Shown here one piece after another: positions 8,497 through 17,867 of a DNA stretch of 64,000 nucleotides. The notes under the pieces were generated by a model. That model saw only the letters and a program-made list of their open reading frames with translations, did no database searches and was not told the DNA's origin. Every line of letters starts with the position of its first letter. Within the stretch, counting starts at the first letter, position 1. This DNA is from SAR202 cluster bacterium (GTDB taxonomy: Bacteria; Chloroflexota; Dehalococcoidia; UBA6926; VFHL01). Position numbers and translations under genes: made by a program. Location of the stretch: NCBI GenBank assembly GCA_009392005.1, contig VFHL01000001.1, positions 87,966-151,965 on the forward strand. Reading direction: 5' to 3'.

Positions 8497-9258
8497 TTAA
8501 GCATCTTTTGTTTGAAGTGTGATTTTGTGTCCCTTGCCCTGAACTTCTTCTCTGTCAATTGAAATAGGCTGATTTAGTGCTTGTGCCGTAATTGTTGCGG
8601 TAATTGATGCCATAGGGCTGCCGAGTATGCTGTGGGAAAATTCGTCACCTCTGGATAAAGTGGAATTCTTGATCATTATTTGTATGAATGATCCATCCCT
8701 TTGCACGTCGACCGCTGTTGCAAGGTCAAAGGTTCCAACAATAATTGATGACAGCGCTGTTGCTAGTTCTGTTGATAGGTAGTTTTCAATTTTGTCGATC
8801 TCGAGAAGCGCAGCGCCTGGCGCTGCAAGCAAAATCCCGATATCTTCAGGGTTTTTCCCGAACTGAACGATCAAGCGTTGTTCGAGATGCTCTGGAAGAG
8901 TTGAATCGAACGCATCATTTTGAATCGGAATTAATGTTCTTAATGGCCCATCTGTGACCGATCTTGGCAGATACATTGCCTTGGAAGTGACGCTAAGCTC
9001 TTCTACGATCGCATTGATGGTATCGAAACTTGATTCAATGAGCAGTAAGCTTGCATCAAAAGGTACTTTCTTCAGTGTATGGTTTAGTGCCAGGGAGACA
9101 ATACCAATAATCATGCATGCCAATCCCAATACGATGAATGGCACATAATTTGTCATGAGCCACGCAAAGAGTGCGAATGTAAAACCAGCAGTTACTAAAC
9201 CGCTTCCAAGTAGCAAGTAGCGATTGTTTTGCCATGTGATCATATTTTTCATAATCAT
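8497..9258 (-). CDS. membrane protein, two N-terminal TM helices plus a roughly 180-aa soluble domain; unknown function
   Basis: Hydrophobic segments 'LLLGSGLVTAGFTFALFAWL' and 'FIVLGLACMIIGIVSLAL'. No recognised catalytic motifs. Confidence 0.5.
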   Translation of the reverse strand: MIMKNMITWQNNRYLLLGSGLVTAGFTFALFAWLMTNYVPFIVLGLACMIIGIVSLALNHTLKKVPFDASLLLIESSFDTINAIVEELSVTSKAMYLPRSVTDGPLRTLIPIQNDAFDSTLPEHLEQRLIVQFGKNPEDIGILLAAPGAALLEIDKIENYLSTELATALSSIIVGTFDLATAVDVQRDGSFIQIMIKNSTLSRGDEFSHSILGSPMASITATITAQALNQPISIDREEVQGKGHKITLQTKDA

Positions 9259-9313
9259 AATTCTTGGATAGATTGCCAGATTTTTGTATTGTGGTCCAAT
9301 TTTTCTTGTAGGT

Positions 9314-9853
9314 TTAGGGTTTTTCCTGTGAACAAGATCTACTTCTCGTGAGGAAGAAGAAAATCAATATCAATATTCCGCCCAATTCAAGGGATAAGTA
9401 CCACCATGAAGCTTCGAAGTAAGCATTGGTTAAATCCGTTATTCTTGTTGTTATTTGATCAGGAATATCTAAACTTTTTGCTTTAAAATCAACACCTAGA
9501 ATTTGAAGATCTGCTCCGAAAATGGGCCATGACGCACGTTTCATCCAACTCAAAGGACTTTCCATTGGAGTGTCTAGTATGACGTGTAGAATTGGCGCTA
9601 GGCCATATATCCACCAATGACGACTTATTGTTGTGAGTGCAATGCATATTATTACACCGAACAATATTGTATGAGCGAATAGGCGTCCGCTTTCTGCAAA
9701 GGGTAATACGAAGACGAAAAGCATGCGATCCACTATGTCGGGTAGCAGAGACATAACAGCGACGGTCAACTGATTTATGGGTTTATTCGGGATGACTTTT
9801 TGGACTTGTGAAGTGATTCCAAGCGTGTAACCGATATGGCTCATCACGAGCAT
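9314..9853 (-). CDS. membrane-bound metal-dependent hydrolase (YdjM/DUF457-like)
   Basis: Multi-TM protein with scattered conserved His/Asp ('MSHIGYT', 'LLPDIVD', 'FAHT', 'HVILD'), as in DUF457 proteins. Confidence 0.45.
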   Translation of the reverse strand: MLVMSHIGYTLGITSQVQKVIPNKPINQLTVAVMSLLPDIVDRMLFVFVLPFAESGRLFAHTILFGVIICIALTTISRHWWIYGLAPILHVILDTPMESPLSWMKRASWPIFGADLQILGVDFKAKSLDIPDQITTRITDLTNAYFEASWWYLSLELGGILILIFFFLTRSRSCSQEKP

Positions 9854-9890
9854 TGAAGTCCCCTAAGAGTACAAATCAGTGATCATAATA

Positions 9891-10730
9891 TTAGTTGTCC
9901 TCTTGCATGTTCTTTGAGACTTCGATTAGGAATTTTTCGCTCGTCGTAAATCCTGCCGCGGTTGGATGGCCCCCTCCGCCAAATAATTTAGCTACAGAAC
10001 TGATGTCGAAGTCACCGCGAGATCGAAGGCTCCAGTGAACCTTGGATTTTGATACATAAAATATTGCTGCAAAGGGAGCATCTGGATAGTGGTCAAGTAG
10101 ACTGTGCCCAATTTCGCTACCGTGTAAGGCTGAATTGACGACTGGAATATTGTGGTCAGCAAGAGTTATTATCTCGGCTCGTTCCACAAGATTCATGACT
10201 TGTTGGTCGATTGATCGTAGAATTGGATCACCTTCGTTGGCTAGTTGACTTGTTTCCAAGGTGTTCCAAACTGAAAAATCACGCGGGTGTGATCGCAAAC
10301 CAGCCATGACTTGTTTGGTGCGTGGAAGCCGAAATTTCCAAAGATCGCTGTCTTGAATATGCTGGATTAGTAGTGGAACGGCCGTATTTGGATGGAAATA
10401 TTCCCAAGCAAGCATAGCGCCTGACTTTTCCATATCGAATACTGCTGAAATAGGATTTGATTCAAGATTCTTGAAATCATCTTTGGCAGTTTTATGGTGA
10501 TCAAGTATTGTAATTGAGTTTGCGTGACGAGCAAGCTTGTGAAGCGTTTCGTTGGGCAAACTGATGTCAATCAATACAATCTCATCATTAGAAGTTATTT
10601 TGTTTGCGTCAAACATGGGATCATCGTGGCTAATGGCGGTGTATTGGGCGCGATCACCAAATTGTAACCAAGCGGCCCAAGCTCCGCCGAACCCGTCATC
10701 GCAGTTCTTGTGATAGTAGATTAAATTCAT
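9891..10730 (-). CDS. DHH/DHHA1-family phosphoesterase (NrnA-like nanoRNase/pAp phosphatase type)
   Basis: 'YYHKNCDDGFGGAWAAW' (motif I/II), 'ILDHH' (DHH motif), C-terminal 'GGGGHPTAAGF' (DHHA1 GGGH motif). Confidence 0.7.
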   Translation of the reverse strand: MNLIYYHKNCDDGFGGAWAAWLQFGDRAQYTAISHDDPMFDANKITSNDEIVLIDISLPNETLHKLARHANSITILDHHKTAKDDFKNLESNPISAVFDMEKSGAMLAWEYFHPNTAVPLLIQHIQDSDLWKFRLPRTKQVMAGLRSHPRDFSVWNTLETSQLANEGDPILRSIDQQVMNLVERAEIITLADHNIPVVNSALHGSEIGHSLLDHYPDAPFAAIFYVSKSKVHWSLRSRGDFDISSVAKLFGGGGHPTAAGFTTSEKFLIEVSKNMQEDN

Positions 10731-10906
10731 TGAACACTTAGAAGATTGCGGGTTGATTTTAAATTTTTATGTGTATAGATCAAAAACCGGATCCTTTTTT
10801 ATATCCGTGACTTAGAAGACTGAATTGTATGTTGTACTATTCAGCAAAACAAGACATTAAACATTTAGTTTGTGCTTGAAATTGTTTGTTTTCGTTAAAT
10901 TTGATA

Positions 10907-11170
10907 TTAGCCGCCAGCTATGGACGGTATGAAGTGGATTTCACTGTCATCTTTAACCGGTTGTAACATGCCTAAATGAGTGTCTTCACCATCAACTATC
11001 ACTGCGAGGCCGGGCATAATCTCATCGTTGTATGCGAGATGGTTTTTTAGTCCAGGGAATGCTTTGTCAAGATTGTTTATGATCTGGCCAATTGTGTCGC
11101 CTGCGATTTCTACTTGGCGTTTTTGACCTGTGAAAAACTGCATTTGTGTTGGAATCCATACGTCAGCCAT
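10907..11170 (-). CDS. MoaD/ThiS-family sulfur-carrier protein, CysO-like (C-terminal Gly-Gly)
   Basis: 87 aa ending '...IHFIPSIAGG'. 'IPT...FTGQKRQVEIAGDTIGQII' resembles the CysO/QbsE-type carrier ('IPTILRPHTGGQKSV..GDTLGAVI...ILPAVAGG'). Confidence 0.65.
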   Translation of the reverse strand: MADVWIPTQMQFFTGQKRQVEIAGDTIGQIINNLDKAFPGLKNHLAYNDEIMPGLAVIVDGEDTHLGMLQPVKDDSEIHFIPSIAGG

Positions 11171-11320
11171 CAGTAGTTCCTTATTTGCTTACAAGAACGA
11201 TGTGGTTTCACTCATTTCTTTGCCCAATAATGTTGCTTGTACTGTGGTTTTGATAGTGTGATGAACCATTCTTCTCAACATAGGGTGCCTAATATATGTT
11301 CCAAGATGAATCGGCAATGC

Positions 11321-13624
11321 TTATTGGTTTGAGAGTGATTTGGATACTGTTTCTGGGGACATCGGCAGGTCTGTCACTCTTGTGCCAACTGCATCATTTA
11401 TTGCGTTGGCGATGGCTGCCATTGGGGGAACTAACGGTAGCTCAGCAACACCTCTCAGCCCGTATGGATGTCCTGGATTAGGAACCTCTACGATGACGGT
11501 GTCTATTTGTGGCACGTCAAGACTCGTTGGCATTCGGTAATCTAAAAATGTGGAGTTCAGCATTTCGCCGTCTTTATTGAAATAGTATCCTTCGTTGAGT
11601 GCCCACCCTATTCCTTGGACGGCTGCACCTTGCATTTGCCCTTCAACATAGCTTGGATGGATTGCTTTCCCGGCGTCTTGTACGGAAGTGTAACGAAGTA
11701 TCGTGACTTTTCCTGTTTCTGGATCGACCTCGACATCAACAATATGAACTGCGAAGGCGGGGCCATTTCTGCGTTCTGCGGTCGTCGCTCTTCCAACAAT
11801 GGGTCCACCAGTTGTATTGAGTCGCTCTGCCAGTTCCTTGAAGGTCATTTTTAGTTCTGTGTCAGATTTGTGCTGTAAGGTCCCATCGTTATATTCGACG
11901 TCACTGGGTGTGATCGCCCATATCTTCGCAGCACGTTCAATCATTTGCCGTTTTATATCTTGTGCAGCTTCATATGTAGCTATTCCTGTTTTGTATGTTG
12001 CGCCACTTCCAGCGGTGTTGGATGTGAACCCAATTGAATCGGTGTCACCTACCGTTGGATTGATTTCCTCTGCACTTATACCAAGGGCCTCTGCTGCTTG
12101 CATCGCCATTGCTACACGGGAGCCACCAATATCTGGAGACCCTTCAACAAGGCTAACAGTTCCATCAGCGTTTACGCTGGCAGTAGCACTTGACGGCCCG
12201 CCCCCATTACCCCAGTAGCCAGCAGCAACACCACGTCCCTGGTATGGTCCTGTTAGTTTCGTTCCATAGTGGTTATGCTCTTTGGCAGCATTCAGGGTAT
12301 CCATAAAACCGATAGGACCAAACGTTGGTCCTGTTACTTGCCGCGTTCCTTCTTGGGCTCCGTTCAATATGCGGAATTCAATCGGATCCATTCCCAGTCT
12401 TTCGCAAATCTCATCAATTACTTGTTCTGCTCCAAATGCTGCGAACGGTGCGCCTGGAGCACGATAGGCTGCAACTTTGGGTGTGTTAACTACGACGTCA
12501 TAACCTTCAATATAGGCGTTCGCAATGTTGTATGGACCAAGGACGCAGCGGGCGCCACCTCCAACGGGGGAACCCGGGAAAGCACCTGCTTCATATATTA
12601 ATTTGATGTTGGCTGCAATCAGTTTTCCTTCTTTGGTGGCGCCAATTTTTACTTTTGACGTACCACCAGAAGTTGGTCCCGACCCGATGAAAACCTCTTT
12701 ACGGCTCATAGCGATTTTAACTGGAACACCGGCCTTACGTGATAATGCGGCTGTAACGGGTTCCAAGTACACTATGTTTTTTCCACCAAAACCGCCGCCA
12801 ATTTCCATGGGAACAACTTTAATTTTAGAAACAGGGATATCCAAAATTTTTGCTGTCTGTTCACGGATTGCAAAATGACCCTGGCTACTACACCAAATAG
12901 TCAGATTGCCTTGAATATCCCAAGAGGCAGCAGCAGCATGTGGCTCAATATATCCTTGGTGGACTGGGAGAGTACTGAAGTCTCGCTCAATGATAATGTC
13001 TGCATCTGCAAAACCAGCGTCAATGTCTCCAGCTTTGATTTCGAAATGTTTTCCTACATTGCTTCCGGGTTCGTTTTCCCCTGTGCCCCCTGGCCCTGCC
13101 ATTTGTGTGGTCGTTATGAGATTTTCGTGTAGTAATGGAGCATCTTTTTCCATCGCATCTTTAGCGTTTGTAACGGGTGTCAGAATTTCGTATTCGACCT
13201 CAATTAAGGCAAGCGCTTCTTCAGCAACATGAGGGTTAATAGCGGCGATTGCTGCTATTGCATGCCCAACGTAGAGAGCTTTCTTGTGTGCTAAGCAATT
13301 TGCGCTTAGAAATCCAATGTTGCGGATTTCCCCCTCGCCAATATCTGCGACAGCATCTGAAGGCTGTCCCAAATCTTCTGATGTAACAACTGCCTTTACG
13401 CCAGGTACCGCAAGAGCCTTTTCGTAATTGATCGACTTGATTAGCGCATGAGCGTAGGGGCTACGGAGTAATTTGCCGTGTAAAAGACCAGGCAAATTGA
13501 TGTCGTTTCCATAACGTGCGCGTCCTGTGACCTTGTCGAGCCCATCATGACGTATAGGGCGCGTCCCCACTACGTTGTAGTTGGTGTTTGATAGGACAAC
13601 ATTCGGATCGTATGTTTCTACCAT
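11321..13624 (-). CDS. xanthine dehydrogenase/aldehyde oxidase-family molybdopterin-binding large subunit (CoxL/XdhB-like)
   Basis: 767 aa. N-terminal 'GTRPIRHDGLDKVTGRARYGNDINLPGLLHGKLLRSPYAHA' and 'AAYRAPGAP' Mo-hydroxylase motifs. No adjacent Fe-S or FAD subunit genes. Confidence 0.8.
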   Translation of the reverse strand: MVETYDPNVVLSNTNYNVVGTRPIRHDGLDKVTGRARYGNDINLPGLLHGKLLRSPYAHALIKSINYEKALAVPGVKAVVTSEDLGQPSDAVADIGEGEIRNIGFLSANCLAHKKALYVGHAIAAIAAINPHVAEEALALIEVEYEILTPVTNAKDAMEKDAPLLHENLITTTQMAGPGGTGENEPGSNVGKHFEIKAGDIDAGFADADIIIERDFSTLPVHQGYIEPHAAAASWDIQGNLTIWCSSQGHFAIREQTAKILDIPVSKIKVVPMEIGGGFGGKNIVYLEPVTAALSRKAGVPVKIAMSRKEVFIGSGPTSGGTSKVKIGATKEGKLIAANIKLIYEAGAFPGSPVGGGARCVLGPYNIANAYIEGYDVVVNTPKVAAYRAPGAPFAAFGAEQVIDEICERLGMDPIEFRILNGAQEGTRQVTGPTFGPIGFMDTLNAAKEHNHYGTKLTGPYQGRGVAAGYWGNGGGPSSATASVNADGTVSLVEGSPDIGGSRVAMAMQAAEALGISAEEINPTVGDTDSIGFTSNTAGSGATYKTGIATYEAAQDIKRQMIERAAKIWAITPSDVEYNDGTLQHKSDTELKMTFKELAERLNTTGGPIVGRATTAERRNGPAFAVHIVDVEVDPETGKVTILRYTSVQDAGKAIHPSYVEGQMQGAAVQGIGWALNEGYYFNKDGEMLNSTFLDYRMPTSLDVPQIDTVIVEVPNPGHPYGLRGVAELPLVPPMAAIANAINDAVGTRVTDLPMSPETVSKSLSNQ

Positions 13625-13953
13625 GATCGCGCTCCTATGAAATCGTTTATTCCCTCTACACTTATGCGGCTAGGCTAGCACCCCCATATCAGTCAGGTCA
13701 AATTGACTCTTGTTCGGACCTAAAATAGTTAGAGTAATGTTAATCTGAACTACGATTTGTAATTAATTTACGAACATCAATATAGTGAAAAACCACTGAT
13801 GTTTTAACTCATCATAATTTGTATTTGAAGCCCTTGAATTTATGCGTTATACGAGCCAAGGGTTTTTCGCTCAGGTGTATACTTAGAGGTGTTTTTCATG
13901 GTTGCTTTTGCATCTGAGAGGGGCAAGCTGTGATTTGCCAGATAGGAGGCAGT

Positions 13954-14802
13954 ATGTTGGGTCTTGAGTTGGTTGATTGGCTAAAATATGAGGTTGAAGA
14001 AGACACGAATATACTTTGGATCAAGTTTAATAGACCAGAGCGCCTAAACGCTCTTGTTGGTAATTCAGAAGAGCGAGGGACCGTGGCGAAGGTAGGTGAA
14101 TATATGCGCGCGGGTGACGATGACCCTCGTGTACGCATTATGGTTCTGACTGGAGAAGGCAGAGCATTTTGTGCAGGAGCTGATTTACGTGGAGGGACCG
14201 ATTTTGACAAGGGCGAAAATATCTTGGGAAGTGCCCGTACTGAAGGAGCCGATTCTAGCCGGCAGAACTTTATGCACGGGTTCACTAAGCTGCATGTTGA
14301 TATCTCGAAGGTGCGAAAACCGACAATCGCGATGATAAATGGTGCTGCTGTTGGATCAGGTATGGATATGGCTTTACATTGCGATATTCGTATTGGGTGC
14401 GAATTCACACGATTCATTGGATACCAACAAGTAGGTCAAATTATCGAGAATGGTGGCTCATATTACCTTCCAAAGATGGTTGGTTTGGGTCGTGCTTTAG
14501 AATTTGCATATACTGGCCAAATTGATGCAGAACGTGCCTATCAATGGGGATGGTTGAATCATTTGGTTTCTTTGGAAGATTTGGAGAAAACAACGAGAGA
14601 ATTATGTGGCAGAATTTTGAAGGTTTCTCCGTTGGTCCAGTGGAACAGCAAGAGGATCATGCGGGCAGCTTTGGATAGTTCAATGGAGACTACAATGGTT
14701 TTGACGTCAAACGCTTCGGGAATTCTCAGTAGTTCTGAGGACGGCGAGGAGGCAAGGAAAGCTTTTGTGGAAAAGAGAGACCCGGTTTTCCATGGACGTT
14801 AG
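13954..14802 (+). CDS. enoyl-CoA hydratase/isomerase (crotonase fold)
   Basis: 'FNRPERLNAL', 'AFCAGADL', 'KPTIAMINGAAVGSGMDMAL' crotonase motifs. ATG 13954 has a GGAGG RBS 6 nt upstream; the GTG at 13930 is rejected. Confidence 0.8.
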   Translation: MLGLELVDWLKYEVEEDTNILWIKFNRPERLNALVGNSEERGTVAKVGEYMRAGDDDPRVRIMVLTGEGRAFCAGADLRGGTDFDKGENILGSARTEGADSSRQNFMHGFTKLHVDISKVRKPTIAMINGAAVGSGMDMALHCDIRIGCEFTRFIGYQQVGQIIENGGSYYLPKMVGLGRALEFAYTGQIDAERAYQWGWLNHLVSLEDLEKTTRELCGRILKVSPLVQWNSKRIMRAALDSSMETTMVLTSNASGILSSSEDGEEARKAFVEKRDPVFHGR

Positions 14803-14956
14803 TGAGGATCCAGGAATCTTGATAAAATAGGATTTGTATTGTCCCGTGTTGGTTTCATCACTGACACACCCGGTTGTTTATAGACTTCGCGTCATGTTAT
14901 GATCGCCACGTTGATTGGTCCCTTTTTTTTGGCTCCCAATCTCATTGGGAAGAGAT

Positions 14957-15997
14957 ATGGTTACAGATAAAGTAGCTGGTAAAGATAAAGCACTAGAACA
15001 GGCTCTCGCAGGCATTGAGAAGAACTTTGGGAAAGGTTCTATCATGCGTTTTGGCGAGGTTAGCCAGTCTCTTGGTGTGGAAGCCGTTCCTACTGGATCG
15101 ATCGCTTTAGATATTGCACTTGGTGTTGGTGGTATTCCTCGAGGTAGGGTCGCCGAGATTTATGGTGCGGAGTCGTCTGGTAAATCTACGTTAGCTCAAC
15201 ACGTCATAGCCGAAGCGCAGAAACTTGGCGGGACGGTTGCATATATTGATGCTGAACATGCGCTTGATCCCATTTATGCTGGGAAAATAGGGGTTCAGAT
15301 TGAAGATATGCTAATTTCCCAGCCCGATGATGCAGAACAAGCTCTTGAGATTGCTGATGCATTGGTTCGGAGCGCCGCAATTGATGTTGTAGTTGTGGAT
15401 AGCGTAGCAGCATTGGTCCCGCGTTCAGAAATAGAGGGCCAAATGGGCGATAGTGCTATGGGCGTTCAGGCTCGTTTGATGTCACAGGCTCTTAGAAAAC
15501 TGACAGCAAACATCAATCGGTCTCGTACAGCGGTTATATTTATTAATCAAGTGCGTGAAAAGATCGGCGTAGTATTTGGTAATCCTGAAGTTACACCAGG
15601 AGGTCGTGCACTTAAGTTCTATTCTTCGGTGCGTATTGATCTTCGGAGGATGGAGTCAATCAAGCAAGGATCCGAGGTGACTGGGATCCGTGTTCGAGCA
15701 CGTGTTGTGAAGAATAAGGTTGCGTCCCCATTTCGTACAGCTGAGTTTGATATTACTTTTAGTCAAGGTATAAGCAAACAGGGGGGTCTTATTGATCAGG
15801 GTGTTGATTTTGATTTGATCAAGAAGGCCGGAGCGTTTTTCAGCTATGGTGACATACGTTTGGGGCAAGGCCGGGAGAATGCGAAGCAGTTTCTTCTTGA
15901 AAATGAGACATTGTCTTTAGAGATCGAATCTTTAATACGAGATAAAGCATTTAAAGATGATGTACCTGTAGAAATGACAGAACAAGTTGAAAACTGA
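14957..15997 (+). CDS. recA: recombinase RecA
   Basis: '[24 protein letters not shown]', Walker A '[11 protein letters not shown]'. Near-complete match to RecA by eye. Start placed at 'MVTDK' (ATG 14957). Confidence 0.95.
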   Translation: MVTDKVAGKDKALEQALAGIEKNFGKGSIMRFGEVSQSLGVEAVPTGSIALDIALGVGGIPRGRVAEIYGAESSGKSTLAQHVIAEAQKLGGTVAYIDAEHALDPIYAGKIGVQIEDMLISQPDDAEQALEIADALVRSAAIDVVVVDSVAALVPRSEIEGQMGDSAMGVQARLMSQALRKLTANINRSRTAVIFINQVREKIGVVFGNPEVTPGGRALKFYSSVRIDLRRMESIKQGSEVTGIRVRARVVKNKVASPFRTAEFDITFSQGISKQGGLIDQGVDFDLIKKAGAFFSYGDIRLGQGRENAKQFLLENETLSLEIESLIRDKAFKDDVPVEMTEQVEN

Positions 15998-16052
15998 AGA
16001 GCGTGCTCTCGTGAAAATGCTTGAATAGAGCAAGATGCATGAGAATAAGATC

Positions 16053-16095
16053 AAACGAAAAGAAGCTGTGATTTTCCCACAGCTTCTTTTCGTTT
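16053..16095 (+). terminator. intrinsic terminator-like hairpin downstream of recA (perfect 18-bp inverted repeat, 7-nt loop)
   Basis: 'aaacgaaaagaagctgtg-attttcc-cacagcttcttttcgttt'. The stem ends in a T-rich tract, 55 nt after the recA stop. Confidence 0.7.
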
Positions 16096-16181
16096 AGAGG
16101 TTGTAGTTAGTTTAGGTAAAAAGGAAATTAGTCGCTGGAATAGTTGCGAACAACTTACCGGCAAGGAAAGAGAGGGGCAAT

Positions 16182-17714
16182 ATGGATTCACTCCTAATGA
16201 CTATCCTTCTCGTCACTATAGCGTCTGTTTTTACAGGGATCATTGGTTATTTGATCCGTCATACCGCGTTGGCACGTCAAATTCATCGATCCAAAGACGA
16301 TGCAGAACAGATTATTGTGGAAGCTCAGTCAGAGAGCCAAACAATATTGCTCGCAGGCAAGGAAGAATCCCTTAAATTGCGTAATACAGCGGAAACAGAG
16401 ATTCGAGATAGGTGGCGGGAGATTCAAAATCAGGAGCGACGCGTTTCTCGTAAGGAAGAACAGATTGATAACAGGGTAGATTCCTTGGAGAAGAGGGATC
16501 GCAAGATTGCTGAAAAAGAAAAAATGACTGAGAGAATTCAGGAAGAGACGCAACAGATTTTTGAAAATCAAATTGGTGAGTTGGAGCGTGTTGCAAGTAT
16601 GGAGTCAGAGGAAGCCCGAGATATTCTTCTAGAAAGAATGGATGAAGAAATTCGGGATGAGACGAATCGGCGAGTGCGACAGATGGAAAGCCAGATTCGC
16701 GAGGAGACGCAGGAACGTGCACGCGAGATATTGATTCCAGTTATCCAACGCTACGCTGGCGATGTCGTGGCTGAGATGACGACGACCGTTGTGCCTATAC
16801 CTAATGATGATATGAAAGGGCGGTTAATTGGCCGTGAAGGGCGCAATATTAGAGCATTGGAAAACGCAACTGGGGTTAATTTAATTGTTGATGATACTCC
16901 TGAGGCAGTCACTTTATCATCGTTTGATCCGATACGGCGTGAAGTAGCTCGTTTGGCTGTATCAAAACTTGTTCAAGACGGTCGTATCCAGCCTGCTCGT
17001 ATTGAAGAGGAAGTTGAAAAAGCTGAGAAACAAGTTGATGAAACTGTTCGGAAAGCTGGCGAGGACGCCGCTTATGAGGCAGGCGTGAACGGCCTGAAAC
17101 CCGAAATTCTCAAGACAATGGGTCGCTTAAGGTTTCGTTACAGTTACGGGCAAAATGTTTTGAAGCATAGCATTGAAGTAGCAATTCTCGCAGCGGCTAT
17201 AGCAGCAGATTTGAGGGCGAATGTAGATGTCGCGCGGCGCTCAGGGTTCTTGCATGACATTGGGAAGGCGCTTACACATGAGATTGAAGGACCACATGCA
17301 ATGATTGGTGCCGATCTTTTGAAGCGATTAAGTGTTTCCCAACGAATTGTTCATGCTGTTGCTGACCATCATGGTGAAGCGGGTAACAATAGCCAAGATG
17401 GCTTTATTGTAGCGGCTGCAGATGCTATAAGTGGCGCTCGCCCGGGAGCCCGGCGTGATACTGCAGAAGCGTATACCAAAAGGCTCGAGAATTTGGAAGA
17501 AATCGCGAATGAGTTTGAGGGCGTTGATAAATGCTACGCGATTCAAGCGGGGCGCGAAATGCGCATCATGGTACGGCCAGAGCACATTGATGATGTTGGA
17601 GCGATGCGGATGGCGCGAGACGTAGCAAAGAGAGTAGAAGAAACACTTGATTATCCTGGCCAGATTCGGATAACTGTTATTAGAGAGACTCGATCTACGG
17701 AGTATGCTAAATAA
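16182..17714 (+). CDS. rny: ribonuclease Y
   Basis: N-terminal TM helix, long charged coiled coil, KH domain ('GREGRNIRALENATGVNLIVDD'), HD domain ('LHDIGKAL...HH'). Confidence 0.9.
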   Translation: MDSLLMTILLVTIASVFTGIIGYLIRHTALARQIHRSKDDAEQIIVEAQSESQTILLAGKEESLKLRNTAETEIRDRWREIQNQERRVSRKEEQIDNRVDSLEKRDRKIAEKEKMTERIQEETQQIFENQIGELERVASMESEEARDILLERMDEEIRDETNRRVRQMESQIREETQERAREILIPVIQRYAGDVVAEMTTTVVPIPNDDMKGRLIGREGRNIRALENATGVNLIVDDTPEAVTLSSFDPIRREVARLAVSKLVQDGRIQPARIEEEVEKAEKQVDETVRKAGEDAAYEAGVNGLKPEILKTMGRLRFRYSYGQNVLKHSIEVAILAAAIAADLRANVDVARRSGFLHDIGKALTHEIEGPHAMIGADLLKRLSVSQRIVHAVADHHGEAGNNSQDGFIVAAADAISGARPGARRDTAEAYTKRLENLEEIANEFEGVDKCYAIQAGREMRIMVRPEHIDDVGAMRMARDVAKRVEETLDYPGQIRITVIRETRSTEYAK

Positions 17715-17729
17715 ACTTCGTTACGATAT

Positions 17730-17769
17730 AGCAGGATGGTGGCACAGTGTTTTTGGTTACCATCCTGCT
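17730..17769 (+). terminator. stem-loop 16 nt downstream of rny (11-bp perfect stem, 18-nt loop)
   Basis: 'agcaggatggt...accatcctgct'. No clear U-tract, so it may be a terminator or an RNA-stability element. Confidence 0.35.
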
Positions 17770-17867
17770 AAGAATTATGACATCTCCCTTGATGAAATAA
17801 TTCTTGGTCGTATTTTTGAAAGGCCAGTTGTTCTCCTATCAATTCGGTATGATTCGGAGGGTCGATT

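Noticed and set aside
8745-9148. Plus-strand ORFs 8745-8957 and 8954-9148 inside the 253-aa membrane-protein gene
   Set aside because: They are antisense to, and nested in, a longer ORF that is translationally coupled to its neighbours. They have no RBS and are in different frames, so they are not a split gene.
11615-13232. Multiple plus-strand ORFs of 61-139 aa (for example 11799-12218, 12525-12878) inside the Mo-hydroxylase gene
   Set aside because: They are antisense to a confidently identified 767-aa gene. Their low-complexity, Pro/Ser/Ala-rich translations are typical of antisense frames of GC-richer coding sequence.
13930-13953. GTG start of the crotonase ORF and the TTG starts of the rnhB (43374) and recJ (50717) track ORFs
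   Set aside because: In each case an in-frame ATG a few codons downstream has a better-placed purine-rich RBS and gives an N-terminus matching the family consensus.
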